Source of the DNA: the human T2T-CHM13v2.0 reference genome, Homo sapiens
Reading direction: 5' to 3' (one strand)
DNA: 64,000 nt
NCBI RefSeq assembly: GCF_009914755.1
Contig: NC_060929.1
Numbering within the stretch: the stretch's first letter is position 1; each line of letters begins with the position of its first letter. The translations under genes were made by a program, and so were the position numbers. The notes beneath the pieces are model-generated. The model did no database searches. It saw only the letters and a program-made list of their open reading frames with translations, and was not told the DNA's origin. Positions 1 to 21,418 of the stretch are shown here, piece after piece.

Positions 1-3000
1 GCTATTTAGTACCACAGGGAGACTTGAACTCAAGTCGCTTTCCTTAGAATCTAGGGCTCTTTGCCATCAAGTGTCTTCTTTTTGACCTTAAGATCTGTAA
101 CATTAGCTACCTAGAGCTGTGTGGGACAAAAGTGTCAGAAAGTGGGAGACACAACCCCTGCCAAAGGCCTCCCAGTAGGCACCCTGGATGGCAGGGCTAT
201 GGGTGATGCAGTTTCTCCTTTGAGCTTATTGGTCTTTTCTCACTAACTGTGCATTACTGATGTCATTTTGGTAGCTATGTAAAAAGAAAGATCAAGCTAC
301 TTGTATATGTTTATAATACATATGTCTCACAAATCCAGAAAGATGTCTATCGCCTCCTAAATAAAGGGGGAACCTCATTTTGTTTGCTGTTTCCCCGGGG
401 CTTGCTTTCTGACACTAACAGTGGTCACAGTGTGCTGAGTACATGCATTGTGTTGAGCACCGGCTCAAGGATTTCTCCAAATCCTTCTAAGCTAGATATT
501 ACCTGTGTCTTCCAGCAGCACCTGGAAGGTGTAGAAACGGGATCAGAGCTCCAGGGTCACACTCCAACACTGATTTCTTGTCTCGGAACAGCGGGCTATT
601 TTGGAGACCAACAGCTGTCACGCTCAGTCTGACATAGCATGAACACCTGCTCAGCCCTGTCTCCTCTGAGCCTTGCCTGGGAGGGGGTGGGAAAATGCCG
701 GTCCCATTATTCGACTGCAGAAGCCGACTTGCAAAGGGTTGCCAGAGTTTGCCTATAAAATCACACAGCCGAGGCGTACAGCATAGGCACTTCCATCTCC
801 GTTCTTTCTAATTGCTGCAAGCATCGCTTACAGTTAATGAGATACATTGATATTTAAGGCTGGAAACAGAAGTTGCTGAGCAGGCCCAGCACAGACTTCT
901 TCTGCCCAAGCGAGTGGCCTCCCTGAAGGAAGCGCCTGTCTGCTGGGCTTCTCTACACACGGTGACTTCAGAGAGGCCCGTCATCTGATAGTTAACTGCT
1001 CATCCTGCCTGTCAGGGGAAGTCAAAACATAGTTAAAATTTAGTGGACTTAATCTATTTAATAATAAAAATAATAATGGCCCAATTAATAGCAATCCTGT
1101 GCACTTTTATGGATGCTTTCATCTGAGAATCAAAGTGGTCTGGAAGAGGAACCATCATTAGCTGATTATACAGATGAGGAAAATCAGCATAAAGAGGTTA
1201 AATGACTTGCCCAAGGTCAGGGCCTGAGTCAGCACTGGAGCCAGAGGGAGAGCGACAGGCTCAGCCAGGGCTTCAGCTCCCTCCTCCTCTTTCTGGGCCT
1301 GGCACTTTTGTAATATCTTTCATCTGAGAATCTTAAATTAATCTCCCAACAATTACCACCATTCATCGGTGGCCAACAAAAAAAAAAAATCTCAACCTGG
1401 CTTGCCAAGCAGTGAAGGCCTCTGTCCTTTGCTGCCTCCACTGGGTCGTCAGGGGGTGTCGGCAGAGAGTACCCCCACCTGCTCCCCGGCCTGGCACAGG
1501 GTCCTGGGTCTCACCATGCCAGAGGCTGGAGCCCCACACAGCCAAGAAACCGGGAGTGAACAAGACAGCAGGGCCAGTAGTTGGAGCCATTTCCCATATA
1601 ATAATCTGGAAGTCATCTTAGGGATGCTGTCTTTGAGTTTCTGTTTCTCTGTTTGTTCTAACTGAAATTCAGACGTTATGCCATAGGGGAAAGAACATAA
1701 ATTTTGGAGCCAGACACACCTGGCTTTGAATATTCACTCTGTCGCTTATTAGCTGTGTGTCCTTAGACAAATTGCTTTACCTCTCTGAGCCTCAATGTCT
1801 TTATCTGTAACATCAGTGTAGCTTGTACCTTAGATGCCTTTGATGCCTACAATGAGAGCTACATGTGCTTCCACTCCTCTTTAATTGAATTCACTGTAAA
1901 GTTGTGCTTTGTATATATAGTTCTTAATACACTGTGCATTGCTGCATGCATTGTATCTGTGTAGACCCGTGGTGCAGTGTATACATCCAAAATCGGATAT
2001 ATCAAAATCTGCAGATGAATCTTTTAAAAAAGATTTACAAGGATAATTTTAACCATCCTTTTCTTCCTTATACCCTGATTTCGTGCTATACAGTGCTTCC
2101 ACCATAATAACACTTGGTGATTGTTGGGAGGTCGGAAAGAATGTCCTCCTGATCCCCTGAGCACAGGATATCTGGTAGGCACCCTGCCAGTGGGAGCAAT
2201 TTGTATTAGGCACAGTCTAACAAAAGTAAAAAGGCCGAAAAAACAGTCTTGCCTCTAAAAAGGAAGAAAGGAGTTTTAAAAAAGAAAAGAGAGGTAGAAC
2301 AAGAAGTGAAGGAGTGGCCCTGAGCAGCCTGACCAGCTGGCACCAAGCCAGGGCCATCGATGGCCCATCTCAGCCCCACAGCCTCACTGGGTGACAGGGC
2401 GGGATCTCGCTCTGCAGATCAGGAAGTGGGCCTGGAGTCATGACAGGACTTGTCCAGGTTCACAGAGCCAGTAAATGGCTAACAGGGATATGAGCTCCAG
2501 CCTGTCTGATCCCCGAGCTTCTGTTCTCTACTAGGGCACTTGGAGCCTTCTTTATTAGAGAACTCATTTTTCACACTTTGGGTGGTGAAGAGCATATCCT
2601 GTTGCATCCATCAGGGTCATGGCAGGAAACAGCTGAGCCCCTGAAGATCCGTGAGAATCAAAGGTGTGGGCAAGAGGAGGAAAAGCAAATGTGTGGGTCA
2701 GGACCTTGTGTAGCTACTACCCCTAGACCTTAGGGGATTAGGAGAGGCTGCAGCTCCTGGAACCTGCAAGGAGGGAGGTCTGTAGAGAGGGCTCCCAGGA
2801 GAAGAGCTGTGACCTTCAGTAGAAGGACACTGCCTGCAGGGTGAGGCAGGAGGCTGGAGAAGTGTCCGTCACTCACTCCCTGCCCTCTCTCCCTCAGCCT
2901 CCAGCTTGGCTCCTCGATGACCAAATCCCACTGACTGGGGAGCCTGTTTTCCATCCAGGTCAGCCTCCTGGGGCAAAAATCAGACTGGGGAAGGGAAGAG

Positions 3001-3309
3001 AGTGGAGGCGGGGTGGGGGCAATGGAAGGAACAATCCTCCTCCAATGAAGAACAATCCCAGTGCTAAGTCTGCCACCTCCCAGAGCCAGGGATAACGTCC
3101 CCAGGGGACGGTTCTAATCTTTGCTAAGAGCCCTTGACAGATAGTGTCAGGAGGCAGTAAAGCATCCATCTGAGCTGCCGAGGTAGACACATCCTATCCA
3201 TTTTAAAGACGAATACATGGAGGTCCAAGGAGACTAAGTCATTGGCACAAACACAACAACGGATGCCAGAAAGAGAAGGATGCCAGAAAGAGAAGATGGA
3301 ACATTAATT

Positions 3310-3372
3310 CACTCACTCGCTCACTCGCTCGCTCACTCACTCACTCACTCACTCACTCACTCACTCACTCAC
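3310..3372. repeat. (TCAC/TCGC)n tetranucleotide microsatellite
   Basis: Direct reading: cactcactcgctcactcgctcgctcactcactcac... over ~60 bp. Confidence 0.95.
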
Positions 3373-3499
3373 ATATTTAGTGGCTATGTCGTTATCTATA
3401 GAGCAGCTTTTGTGTCACAAACTGCATATTCAACAAAAAGCCTGGGGCAATGATTATTCTTTTATCCTCCCATGATGCTTCACCCAGGGGTTCAATTAT

Positions 3500-3755
3500 A
3501 AATAGCTATAATCACTGACATTTATTCAGCTCACTATTTGCCAGGGATTGTGCAAAGAACTTGCCTGCATTATCTCATTTAATCCCTACAATAACTCTTG
3601 GAGGGAGGTATAATTGTTATTGTCTCTATTCTACAAACAGGAAACCCAGGCTTAGAGAGATTAAATAACTTGTCCACAGTCACCCAGCTGGGAGGGATGG
3701 AACTGAGCTTAGAACCTTGGTCTGTCTGACTTTAGAAGCTAGCGCTTAACCTCCG
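3500..3755 (-). mobile_element. MIR SINE remnant
   Basis: MIR-type core 'tatctcatttaatccctacaataactc...ttctacaaacaggaaacccaggcttagagagattaaataacttgtccacagtcacccagctg'. Other degraded MIRs (about 1090-1230, 1680-1815, 10210-10340, 60160-60340) are not listed separately. Confidence 0.75.
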
Positions 3756-3765
3756 TGCTATTCTG

Positions 3766-3990
3766 CAGAGGTTCAAACTGGTGGCCAATAAGCCAGCTGT
3801 GGCCCACAGACATGCTTTCTTATATTTTTAATGAAGCCCACATTCAAAATTTGAGACTGTACTTTTCCAAATACAGATTTCCTTATTTTTCTTTCCAAGA
3901 TACCAGGCGGTTTGGCCACGTGGGGCCTGTATTCCTTCCTGGCACAGCCAGCTGTTCACAACCCTGCCTGCCTGTGCAGCTTGGCTCCTG
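3766..3990 (+). mobile_element. MER102-like hAT-Charlie DNA transposon fragment
   Basis: Starts 'cagaggttcaaactggtggcc...tggcccacagaca' and later 'aaatacagatttcc...tttggccacgtggggcctgtattcc', resembling the recalled MER102 consensus. Boundaries approximate. Confidence 0.5.
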
Positions 3991-4957
3991 GACATCCTCT
4001 GCTTGTCTCCAGAGGTGGTTGGGTTCATGTCCCTTGCTAGGTGGCCTCTTTGCGGTACCATGATGCAGGATGAGTGCTCCTTGGATGGAGACTGGAACTT
4101 TTACCCTAGAGGGTCACTGTTCCTCTCCACTTGGCCAGATCCATGGGAACCCCGCAAACACAAAGGGGCCAGGGCAGTAAACAGCTTATTAGCTGTCACT
4201 ACACCTTTCCTGGCTGGCCACAGCAACGGAGCATAAAAGGCCGGCCCACCATGTCAGGAAAATGCCCGACCCAAAAAGCTCGTCTCAGTGCAGCCCATGG
4301 CAACCCATTGAAGGCAGATAAAACACTTTCAACAATATCACCTTTTATCTTTGCTTTGTGGGCCAAGGGAATAAAACACAGTTGCCAAACACAAATTAAT
4401 GTGTAATTATTTTCCTTGCCTGAATCATTTTCTTTCATGTGCCAGAGCATGCTGAGCAAATGGCACCACACCTTGGACTTTAATTGTGGTAATCAGGGCG
4501 CTGAGCCACAAGAAAGATTTTCCTAATGCCTCCCTTAGCACTGACTTTCAAGTTGAAGCAATTGAATTTCCCCTGTTCTTCTCTTCTTTTTAAGGGAAAG
4601 AAACATATGTTCGAAGAGGTTCTGAGGCTGCTGCACCCGATATCGTACCTGGTTGGCCCTGGGAAAGGGCCCACCTCCAATACATAAACACAACCAGCTT
4701 TGACAGGTGACTTAACGTGCTCATGGTTGCTCTTTGCTCTAATTCGTTTGGTGACTAATTATTCGTTAGTAAGTTTAAGACCACCTATCTTTGTATTAAT
4801 CATATAGTGGGATACATGTTACGTTGTTTATCTGCTAAGATGGCCTTGAAGTTCCAGTTGTGTGCATCCAGGAAGGGGAAGAGGAAAGTAAGGGTTTACA
4901 GGGGTCCTCTGTCGAAAGAAACATCAGGAATGTTGGTGGCTGTTTCTGATCCTCTAA

Positions 4958-5307
<350 letters not shown>

Positions 5308-6223
5308 TGCTGTAAATTATTATGAGCCATTCTTTCTCCTTTCTGCCTTAGCAGATCTAGGGTGGCCCTCCCAAGTACTCGGTCATGGTTTGGACACTAG
5401 AAATTAGCTATTCTTACAGGAAAACTGCCTGCGTCTTGTCATCAGGAATGAGATTACGTTTAAAGGCGTTTGTGGAAAATCAAAAACACCACCACGTTTC
5501 TCTATGGACTATAGCTCCTCAGCCCTGGACATGACCACATCACTCTACGGAGCTCCACCAGCTCCTCCTGAGAGTCCTCTGTTGCCTTTGGGGTTGAGGG
5601 AGGATTGTGGGGTTAATGACTTTGTGTTTCCTTCAGTAATAGATGGATTTGGGTGCTGTTTTGAACATGGACATGAGAATGAACCCTTGCGTCTAGAATG
5701 TTTTTAAGCTATCCCTTCTAGTGTTCTTTAAGTGATGGGCCCAAGCCATCGGAGTTCTTATTAACTCAACTGGTGCACGGCAGACAGTCAGCAGCATGCA
5801 ATAAAGGACTAAAACTCGCATAGATGAATATTTTAAGAAAGTCTTTCCTGGGAATGATGGCTGGAGATAGGGTTAGTTCTTTATCTATCCGGGCACTCAT
5901 GCATTTGTTTGTTTATTCAACCATGATTGAGTGCCTACTCCAAGAACTGGGGATACAAAAAAGAAAGAGATTCAACCCTGTTCTCCAGAGGAGACTGAGG
6001 AGTTGGAGAGAAACAGTGGGTCTGGTAGCCACGGCGGGGAGCACCTGGCCAGTGGTCTGTGGTTGAGTGCTTAACCACTAGCTCTCTGAGTGTAGTTCTG
6101 ACACTATATTTTCATTTGCATTCACAAGATAAAAGTAAAAGAACAAAGACTCTGTTGGAACCCCACTTGTTCATCAATGACGCGAGGAATTTCTTCGCTA
6201 AATTGGGTAACAGTTTTCAAAGA

Positions 6224-6570
6224 CAGTCATGTGTTGCCTAACAATGTTTCAGTTGGACTGCATATATGGCAGAGGTCCCGTAAGATGATAATGCCATGTT
6301 ATTACTCTATCTTTTCTATGTTTAGCTATGTTCGATGCACAAATACTCACCATTGTATTATGATTGCCTGCAGTATTCCGGACAGTAACACGCTTTACAG
6401 GGTTATAGCCTAGGATCAATAGGCCATATAGTCTAGACGTATAGTCGGCTGTCCCCTCTAGGCTTGTGTAAGTACACTCTACAATGCTCTCACAACGACA
6501 GACTCACCCAATGAATGCATTTCTCAGAATGTACTCCCATCATTTCCCATCATTAAGCAATGCGTGACTG
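6224..6570 (-). mobile_element. Tigger3a/MER7A-like non-autonomous TcMar DNA transposon
   Basis: Terminal inverted repeats cagtcatg...cgtgactg followed by TA; internal 'tgtgtaagtacactctacaatg...gcatttctcagaatgt' matches the recalled Tigger3 consensus. Confidence 0.8.
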
Positions 6571-6629
6571 TACTGGAAGACTAGTTCTTCAATTTTGGGG
6601 AGATTTTCACAATGTAATAACTACAGACA

Positions 6630-7084
6630 GGACACACTTGAAGTTTAATCTGCATTGCTAATACTTTTTTTCATCATTTTTTAAAGTCTAGATAATCAAC
6701 ACAACAATAAACTAAGCTCTGATTTCCAGCATTTGCCAATTTCCATGGTATAAATACTCCAATCGTGGCCAATTTCAAAGTTACCAATGAGATGTCATTG
6801 AGAGAGGCACAGTAGCATACTATTATATACAATTTCCATTGTACAGCTGTGATGGAGGTAAATAATCTTAAGAGCATTAGATAATAGTAAAATCTAATAA
6901 AATAATTAGGAAGTGATGAGTTTTGAGTATTTACGAGCTGTGTTTTTAATACAATTTACTTAATTATAAGTTTTTATAATTTAATCTTTAATAATTGCTG
7001 TATTTAACAACCAGCTTGCAAAATTCCTGACAATTTAATAATTGGCTCTTGTAGGCCAGTAAGGGCAGGCTCTGGCACATTCCT
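6630..7084 (-). mobile_element. MER63-like hAT-Blackjack DNA transposon
   Basis: 'aattaggaagtgatgagttttgagtattta...tttaacaaccagcttgcaaaattcctga...ggctctggcacatt' is the reverse complement of the recalled MER63 left end. Left boundary approximate. Confidence 0.7.
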
Positions 7085-7722
7085 GTATTTAACCCAGCAG
7101 GAGAGGTCGGGGAGGGCTTCTCAGAGAAGGAGATTCCTGAGCCAAGGAGAAGTACGTTGTGGTGTAGAAAAGACTATGACCTCCAAAGTCCAACTTCTGT
7201 GAGTTCAAATCCCAGCTCTGCCTCTTCCTGGCTCTGTGACCCTGTTGTTAGTTGCTTCCCTTTTCAGTACCTCACTTTCCTATTCCGTAAAATGGGTATC
7301 AAAATGCTTAAATCACAGGGTTGTTTTGTGGATAAAGTGCCTGGGCTGTACAAGATGCCCTCACATACTAACTCTTAATGTAAGACAAGTAGGAATTCAG
7401 GGGAAGAACATTCCAGACAGGGAGAGCTAATGCACAAAGGCAGAGTGGGAGACAGTCAAGGGCTTGTGGAAACTGCCAAGTGTTCCCGTAGACACAGCAC
7501 CCATGAACATGCAAATGAAGCTGGAAGAGAAGGCCTTGAATGTCATGCTCACAAACTTCACCTTGATCATGGAGGCTGGTCCCCAGGCTCTAGGGGAGGT
7601 GTGGAGATGGGGGCATTTGTTTGGCTTAGTTCTCCATCTGTGAACTAGAGCTTGCTCAGTCCAGACCATCACCAAGGATGATGGTGGTAATGAAAGAGGC
7701 TACCCTTTGAAAAGTGTCTAGT

Positions 7723-7866
7723 GGTCGGGTATGGTGGCTCATGCCTGTAGTCCCAGCACTTTGGGAGGCTAAGCCAGGCAGGTGACTTGATCCCAGGAGT
7801 TTGAGACCAGCCTGGCAACACGGCAAGACCCCGTGTCTATTTTTAAAAAATTATTTTTTAAAAAAG
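7723..7866 (+). mobile_element. Alu monomer (FLAM-like)
   Basis: Single Alu left arm with an A-rich tail, flanked by degenerate aaagtgtctag / aaagtatttag. Confidence 0.85.
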
Positions 7867-10800
7867 AAAGTATTTAGCACAGAGCCTGGTACACAGAATA
7901 CAATAAAGTTAGTTATCATCATTTGTATTCTTTCTAGGGCCCTGCTCAGTGCCTGGGAACAACAGGAGATCAGTAAATGCTTGTAACAAGCATGTCGGGC
8001 TGCCTCACACTGAAGCAAAGTTACTGCCCCTGGCCTTGGCATGCAGCTCCCTGGTAGAGCTGGGAGGGCCCCAGGAAGGAAGCTGAGCTGCAGCCAGCCC
8101 ACATCCACCTGCTATAGCACAGGTGCAGCCAAGGTGGCTTTCTCCAGATCTAGGTCTGGGGGTGCCTTGGGGAATTATCTTTGAGTTCCATGATTGAGCT
8201 GCTATAAATGTCACACACAACCCCCAGCTGGTTCTGGGGCGTGTATGACCCTGAACCACTGTATCGCAGCTACCCAAAGACTCACCCTTGGGGTGGCTGT
8301 TTCTTCCTGTGCTGGGTTGATTTGGGTTTAACTTAAGAAGACAGAAACCAGAGATTCAGCAGGATTCTTTGGATAATTTAGGGTCCTGCACGCTGTTGTT
8401 GAGGAAAGAATCATGGACATTTGCTTCTTTGTTTTGCATGAAATAACTAGTTTACCTGTTTCCAGAAAGCTCTATCATTTATCTGGCCTGCGCAGACACA
8501 GCCAAGAACTTGCTGTTACTTTTTAAATTAAATACCTACTGTGTGCCAGAGGCTTTCACAAGGTTAGTTCCAGACTACCGCCCACAGTTGGGAGCAATTT
8601 CTTGAGATAAGCCTGGCTAATAGAAGAGAAATTTAGTGTTGATGAGTCATCTGCAACGGTTATTGTCTCATTGAGCCCTTAGGACACCTTCATGAAGGCA
8701 GCGTTATTACAGCCATTTTAAAGATAAGGCAAATGAGGCACAGGGAAGTTAACTGAATAATAACAGTGCTTGTTTTTTGAGTGCTTGGGACCGTGAAGTG
8801 GCCTTACCTGCAATAGCCCATTCCCGCTTTGCTGCAGCTGCGTGAAGTACTGTGCTGTTACTATCACCCTCGTTTTACGGATGAGGACTCTGAAGCTTAG
8901 ATGGATCTTCGGGGATGAGCGGTGGAGCAAGGGTTCCAACCCTGGGATCACCCCAGACTCCAAGCTTTTAACCACAACTAGCACAGGTCCCAGCGGCAGG
9001 AAGTGCAGTCAGGTTTGTCCCTAGGGAGCCTGTTCTTCTCCCTGTTAACTCTCACCCCGCCATCTTCTTGCAGGCAGCATGGAGATTTTTCACCCTTGGA
9101 AGGTGGAATGACACGACCCACAGCTAAGGTTTGAAAGGCCACGCAGAGCACTGTGTGGATTCAGGGTCATCCACTGATTCTAGGTCCACTTGAGCCAGTT
9201 CTCATTCATTTCTAGATTTTAATCTAGAATATTAGAGTGGAAATAAAACCCATCCTTTGTCATCCCTCAAGCTCCTTCCATTGTCCTCCTGAGGAGATGC
9301 AACCCTAGGGATGAGTGAGAAATTGCTGGGTGTCCAGGGAGGGCTGGAGAGAAAGTGCTTTGAACACACTGTGGCAGATGTCATGGTTCCATCTCCATGC
9401 TACCAGCCGGGCTGACAGTGGCCAGCTTCTTGCAGAAGTGCCAGCTTTACTATTTCTCACTGCAGCCTCGGTGCCATGACTGGACCAGGCCCTTCAGAAC
9501 ATACATCTCCTCCCAAACAGCATCTTTTGTGCTTTTCTTTGCTTTTTAAATTTCTCTTCTTTTTTTTTTTTATTTTTGGCCAAATTCACACCAATGTAAG
9601 AGAACTCATCCGGACTTCTCAAAGCCACAAAGCATAAGAAGAGTGAGAGGGATCAGAGGGTTGGAGGTGCATGGAGGCATTCAAGACCAGATGCGTACGG
9701 TCGGCTAAATGCCACTGGGAGACAGTTTTCCCCATTATTTCCTTCATGCCTCTATGGAATCTGGTTTTTGCAATGGAAATATGGCCACAAATGACTGCTG
9801 GACTCCAGTTCAAAAGGCTCATTTCTGAAATAACCACTAAAGAACTTATTTACATAACCAAACACCACCTGTTTCCCCAAAACTATTAAAATATAAAAAT
9901 AAAAAATAAAATAATAATTTAAAAAATATAAAAAAGAAAATAAAAACCTTACACAATACAAAAATTATATCCAAGGTATGACACAGGGATTAAGAATGGT
10001 GTTGTATATTCCAAAGATTTCATATAAATGGTTCAGTTATCTCTACTAAAACTAAAACAAAAACAAAAGGCTCATTTCTGAGAAGAGAGGGGAATTGAAC
10101 TTGGAGCCTTTGGAATCCATTCGGCTCTGCTATCTGACCTTGGGCAAGTAACTTAACCTGGGAGAATATAGACAGAGCTGGTTAAATCTTCTCTTAGCCT
10201 CTCTGAAGGGGAAACTATTATCATGCCCATTTTACAGATGAGAAAACTGAGGCACAGAGGGGTTAAATAACTTGCCCTAAGTCATGCAACTAAAAAGTGA
10301 CAGAGTCAGGATTCAAACCCAGGCCCTCGGGCTCAAATACTCATTTCCTTCCCCTTCTGTTCCTATGGCTGAATCTGGGTTTGATAACTGGGCTCAACCT
10401 AGAACTTTCCAATGTCATCCTTCTTCCTTTGAGAATCTTGGAGGTGGCAGATCCGAGAGAGGACTGGCCAATCCACACGAGAAGCCCGGAGAGGAATCCT
10501 CCACTGTCGGTTTCCTGCCCCCAGCCCGTTAAATAAGCACAACTTTTCCATGGTAGAACATTTTCAAAATACAAGTAAGCCAAAATAATAAATTATAAAC
10601 CATCCATAATCCCACCCACTCAAAGGTAACAACTCTTAACACCTGATGAGTGTTATTTCCCACATCTTTCCATGTATATAAATACATACTTTTTTACATC
10701 TAACAAAAAACAGTATTATGTAATACATAAGCTTTTGTTTTGATGTTTGGTCCTGACGTGGAAATAGCTTTATGAATTCATGTGATTATTTTAATAGATA

Positions 10801-11294
10801 CATATTGCACAAACCATTTAGATGATGCAGGAAATGATGAAGAATAAAGTAAAATATCACCCCAATCTCACCAGCCTGAAGTAATCACCGTTTACCTTGC
10901 TGTGTGTCTCTTTCTCAGCCTTTCTCTATGGAGAACAATTTATATATACTACATTTTTACTCCAAATGGGACCATACCTCTAGCATTTTGAGTGGTTATT
11001 TTTTCTGTAATATTATATTGTGGGCATTTCCCCGTGTCAATAAATACAGCCCTACATTACGGTTTTCAATGACCATGCAATATTATATTTTATGCAGGTG
11101 TCATAATTTGTTTAACCGTTCTCTCATTGTTAGTCATTTAGATTATTTCTAACATTTTCATTTTACAAACAGTACAGTGATGAATAACCATATGGCTGAG
11201 ATTTTGAGCATTCTCAGTTGTTTTCTGAAAATAAATTCTAAGGGGTAGAATGGCTGCATTTAAAGGCATGCCTGCTTTAAAAAGCTATATACTT

Positions 11295-11599
11295 GGCTGT
11301 GTGCAGTGGCTTATGCCTATAATCCTAGCACTTTAGGAGGCCAAGGCAGGAGGATCACTTGAGCCCCAGAGTTCAAGACCAGCCTGGGCAACATGGCAAA
11401 ACCTTGTCTCCTCAAAAAATAAAAATGTTAGCCGGGTGTGGTGGCATGCACCTATAGTCCCAGCTACTTGAGAGGCTGAGGCAGGAGGAGAATCACTTGA
11501 GTCCAGGAGGTTGAGGCTGCAGTGAGCCATGTTCATGCCCATGTCCACTGCACACCAGTCTGGGAGAGAAAGCAAGACTCTGCTTCAAAAAAAAAAAAA
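11295..11599 (+). mobile_element. Alu (AluJ-like)
   Basis: Dimeric Alu with 'ggaggatcacttgagccc' and 'ggttgaggctgcagtgag' J-type features, poly(A), degenerate TSD ending 'tactt'. Confidence 0.93.
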
Positions 11600-13447
11600 T
11601 TTTATGTACTTAAATTAAGAACCCTGCTCCTGGGACACCGCTATGTGAAGATTTTCAAGAACAAGGAAAAGCTCATGTGTCATGGAATCCATCAGCCAAC
11701 TGCGTCCTGTCCACAGTGAGAACTCTAGAGGATAAATTTGAATACTTAGCATGTATTTCCCCCCATGAAGAGGGAATGCTCCAGCTCAGGTGGACTCAAA
11801 CTCTTCCTTTTCCCTCCCAAGCATAGCATGCATGTTTTCACCCCTAGCTCAGAGGTCAGCCAGGCTTGCCTCAGCTCTTGAGAATCAAGTGGTATTTCAT
11901 CAAAACCCCATCATCATGTCCTTCCGATCTTTCTAGATTCCAAAGGCTTACTGTCACGTTTCACCTCCCGGTCCTACTGCACACCACTGTCCTTCCCCCA
12001 GGTCACCCTGGGCGTATTGTAGCCGATTCCCACAGCAAAGCATCAAGCATTTTCTAAGTCCCTACTGTGTTTTCTGGAGGATTCTAAGGAGGAATCATGT
12101 ACACCCATTAGTCATCTTCAAAGTTCCAGATTCTCTCTTCTTTGAAGTTCTGCTGCCAGTGAGGAGTCTCTTTCTCTCCTTCATAACGCCACCTAACTTA
12201 CTGTCTCCTCTCTTTCCTCTTTAGGTTTCTCCCTAGAAACTTAAAATCTGTTACTTAAACATTCCCTTAGAGTCTCAAACTCCACCCCAAATGAGATATC
12301 AAGACATTTCTTCCAAATTAATGCAATGCTCTATGAAAGAATTTCGTTGACTAAATTTTCCTACAGCTGCTTTATGCATCTCTGTTTTATTTATAATAAA
12401 TCTATCAGATGGTCTCAATTTAAACTAGTTTGTTCAGTAGTGCCCATAAACCTAAGCTATGTCCTTAGAAATACCAATAATATTTTATTGTTTAACTTGC
12501 CTCTTCCAACCAAAGTGGGTATATAGATAGTATATAGAAGAGTACCTCTTCTCCTCCAAATAATTGCATTTGTGTACCCTGATTTGGGTTCTGAAATTTT
12601 ACTTAGAACACATATACACAAACAAAAGGAAATAAAATTTATACAATTTCAGCTCTTATTTCAACATCCTATCTGCATTATGATTACTTGTTTCTAGTTA
12701 CATATTCACCTTCATCCCCCACTGGGTTGTTCATCTCTTTGAGGCAAAGACAAAATTAGCCCCAGCCCAGCATGGTGCCTAAGACAAAGTTGGACTGCAA
12801 AATATGCCAACTAATTTGAATTGTTGTGATGGCCTTTGATCCTTGGGGTGTTCATAAAACTTCTCAGGTGAGTTCATGTGAACAATAATACTATCACTGA
12901 CATATACAAAGTTAAATAGGCAGTGTCAATAATGAGCTTTGCAAATGTTTGGGGTATTTTCCATTTTAGGAGTTGGTTCCTCTCTTATACTATCAGGCTG
13001 TAAACAGATATCTGACTCTGAAGATCCATGGGTTTGGATATTCCAGGCAAGGCTTTTCTCCCAGGTGATTCGCAGTGGGATTGACCCTTGAAGTTGAAGG
13101 GTCTTCTTCAGTTTCTGTCTCTCATCTGGTTTCCTGAATTGAATCAGAATTTGATTTAAACTCACAGCTGAGGGATGTTTCCTAGCTACAGAATCCAAGA
13201 CTTTCTAGAAGGCAAGAATTACAAGCTTATTTTGAGAGTTTTTTTGTGGGGGGGGGGTGGGGTTCAAAGAGGGCTACACTCTTCTACCCTTTCCTCAAAA
13301 TTATTTCATTTTACATAGTATTTCCTCTCACTTTCCCCCCCCCCCAAAAAAAACCATAAAATTTGGAGGAAAACAAACCCTGTCTTTAACCCTGCATAAG
13401 GCTTCCTACAAGATGAGATCTATCTTTGATTAGAAAATTATTATTTG

Positions 13448-20195
<6,748 letters not shown>

Positions 20196-21105
20196 AGAAA
20201 ATTATTATTTGACCCGTCAAAGATTATAAACTTACCTTTCAATACAAAAACTCCATTTGTTCTGAATCTGCAACTTGGCAGGTCTCAGCTTTACACAGAG
20301 CACCTGCTTACCATGTCTTCATGCAGTAGGGAAAATAACGCCCATTTCAAAGATCAGAAAACTGAAACTCTAGAAGGGAAAGTGATTTGGGGGTCCTGGG
20401 GACCAACTGCTAGTGCAAGACAGGACCAGGACATGCTTGCTAATATGAACTTGTAATCATTTTCTAGTTGGTGCTGGATGTATGCCTTTTCTCTCCCGAT
20501 CAGAATTATTAAGTCCTTTAGGGATATAACGTGGTTAAATTTTGTGCCTCTCCCACAACCTAGAACAGGGTTAGCTTCACTGTCAAGTACATAAAGGAAA
20601 ACTTGGAGTCTGCCAGCCCCTTTCTCAGAAGCTGCGTTTCCCATTCATTACCAAAGAAAACCCAACCCAAATCTTTGGCTTAATATCAAAAACCCTTACA
20701 ACTGGCCCTAATCTCTTCTTCAAATATTTTCTCTCAGGATTCCCCTGAACAAAATCTTCATTTCAGCCAAATGGATGTGTTCAGGGTTTCCCAACTCTGC
20801 TATGTGCCTTCCTACCCCAGTGCCTTTGCATATACTCTTGCCTCAGCTTGGTCCATCCTCCCCTCCCTTACTCCGTGCCTCCACTCCTCTTCACCTACTA
20901 CCTCATTTGGGAGAAAAAGGTATAACCAGATTCTGCTGCCAGAGGGTGTACTTCTAGGAATAGGGCTACAGGGTGTATGGCTGTGCAATTGAGTATTTAA
21001 AAAGCAAACAGAAAAATAATGTTTTACCCTTCTACCACCTTTTCTGCACATAACACAGTCTGATCACTGATATGTCAGTCATATACTATACACTTTTTCT
21101 GCTAA

Positions 21106-21418
<313 letters not shown>

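Noticed and set aside
754-760. TATAAAA resembling a TATA box
   Set aside because: It sits in what looks like a decayed MIR core (ttgcc...tcacacagc); no CpG island or downstream exon support.
3261-3294. 17-bp tandem duplication ggatgccagaaagagaa x2
   Set aside because: Ordinary slippage duplication; two adjacent copies with no spacer, so not CRISPR-like or functional evidence.
9030-9135. Possible small exon: pyrimidine tract plus cag acceptor at ~9073, weak donor aag|gtttga
   Set aside because: Weak donor, no recognisable protein and no partner exons; cannot be supported without transcript data.
12205-12873. Strong-looking acceptor (ctctttcctctttag, ~12224) and donor (cag|gtgagt, 12865-12873)
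   Set aside because: Isolated splice-like motifs are expected by chance in 64 kb, and no ORF links them.
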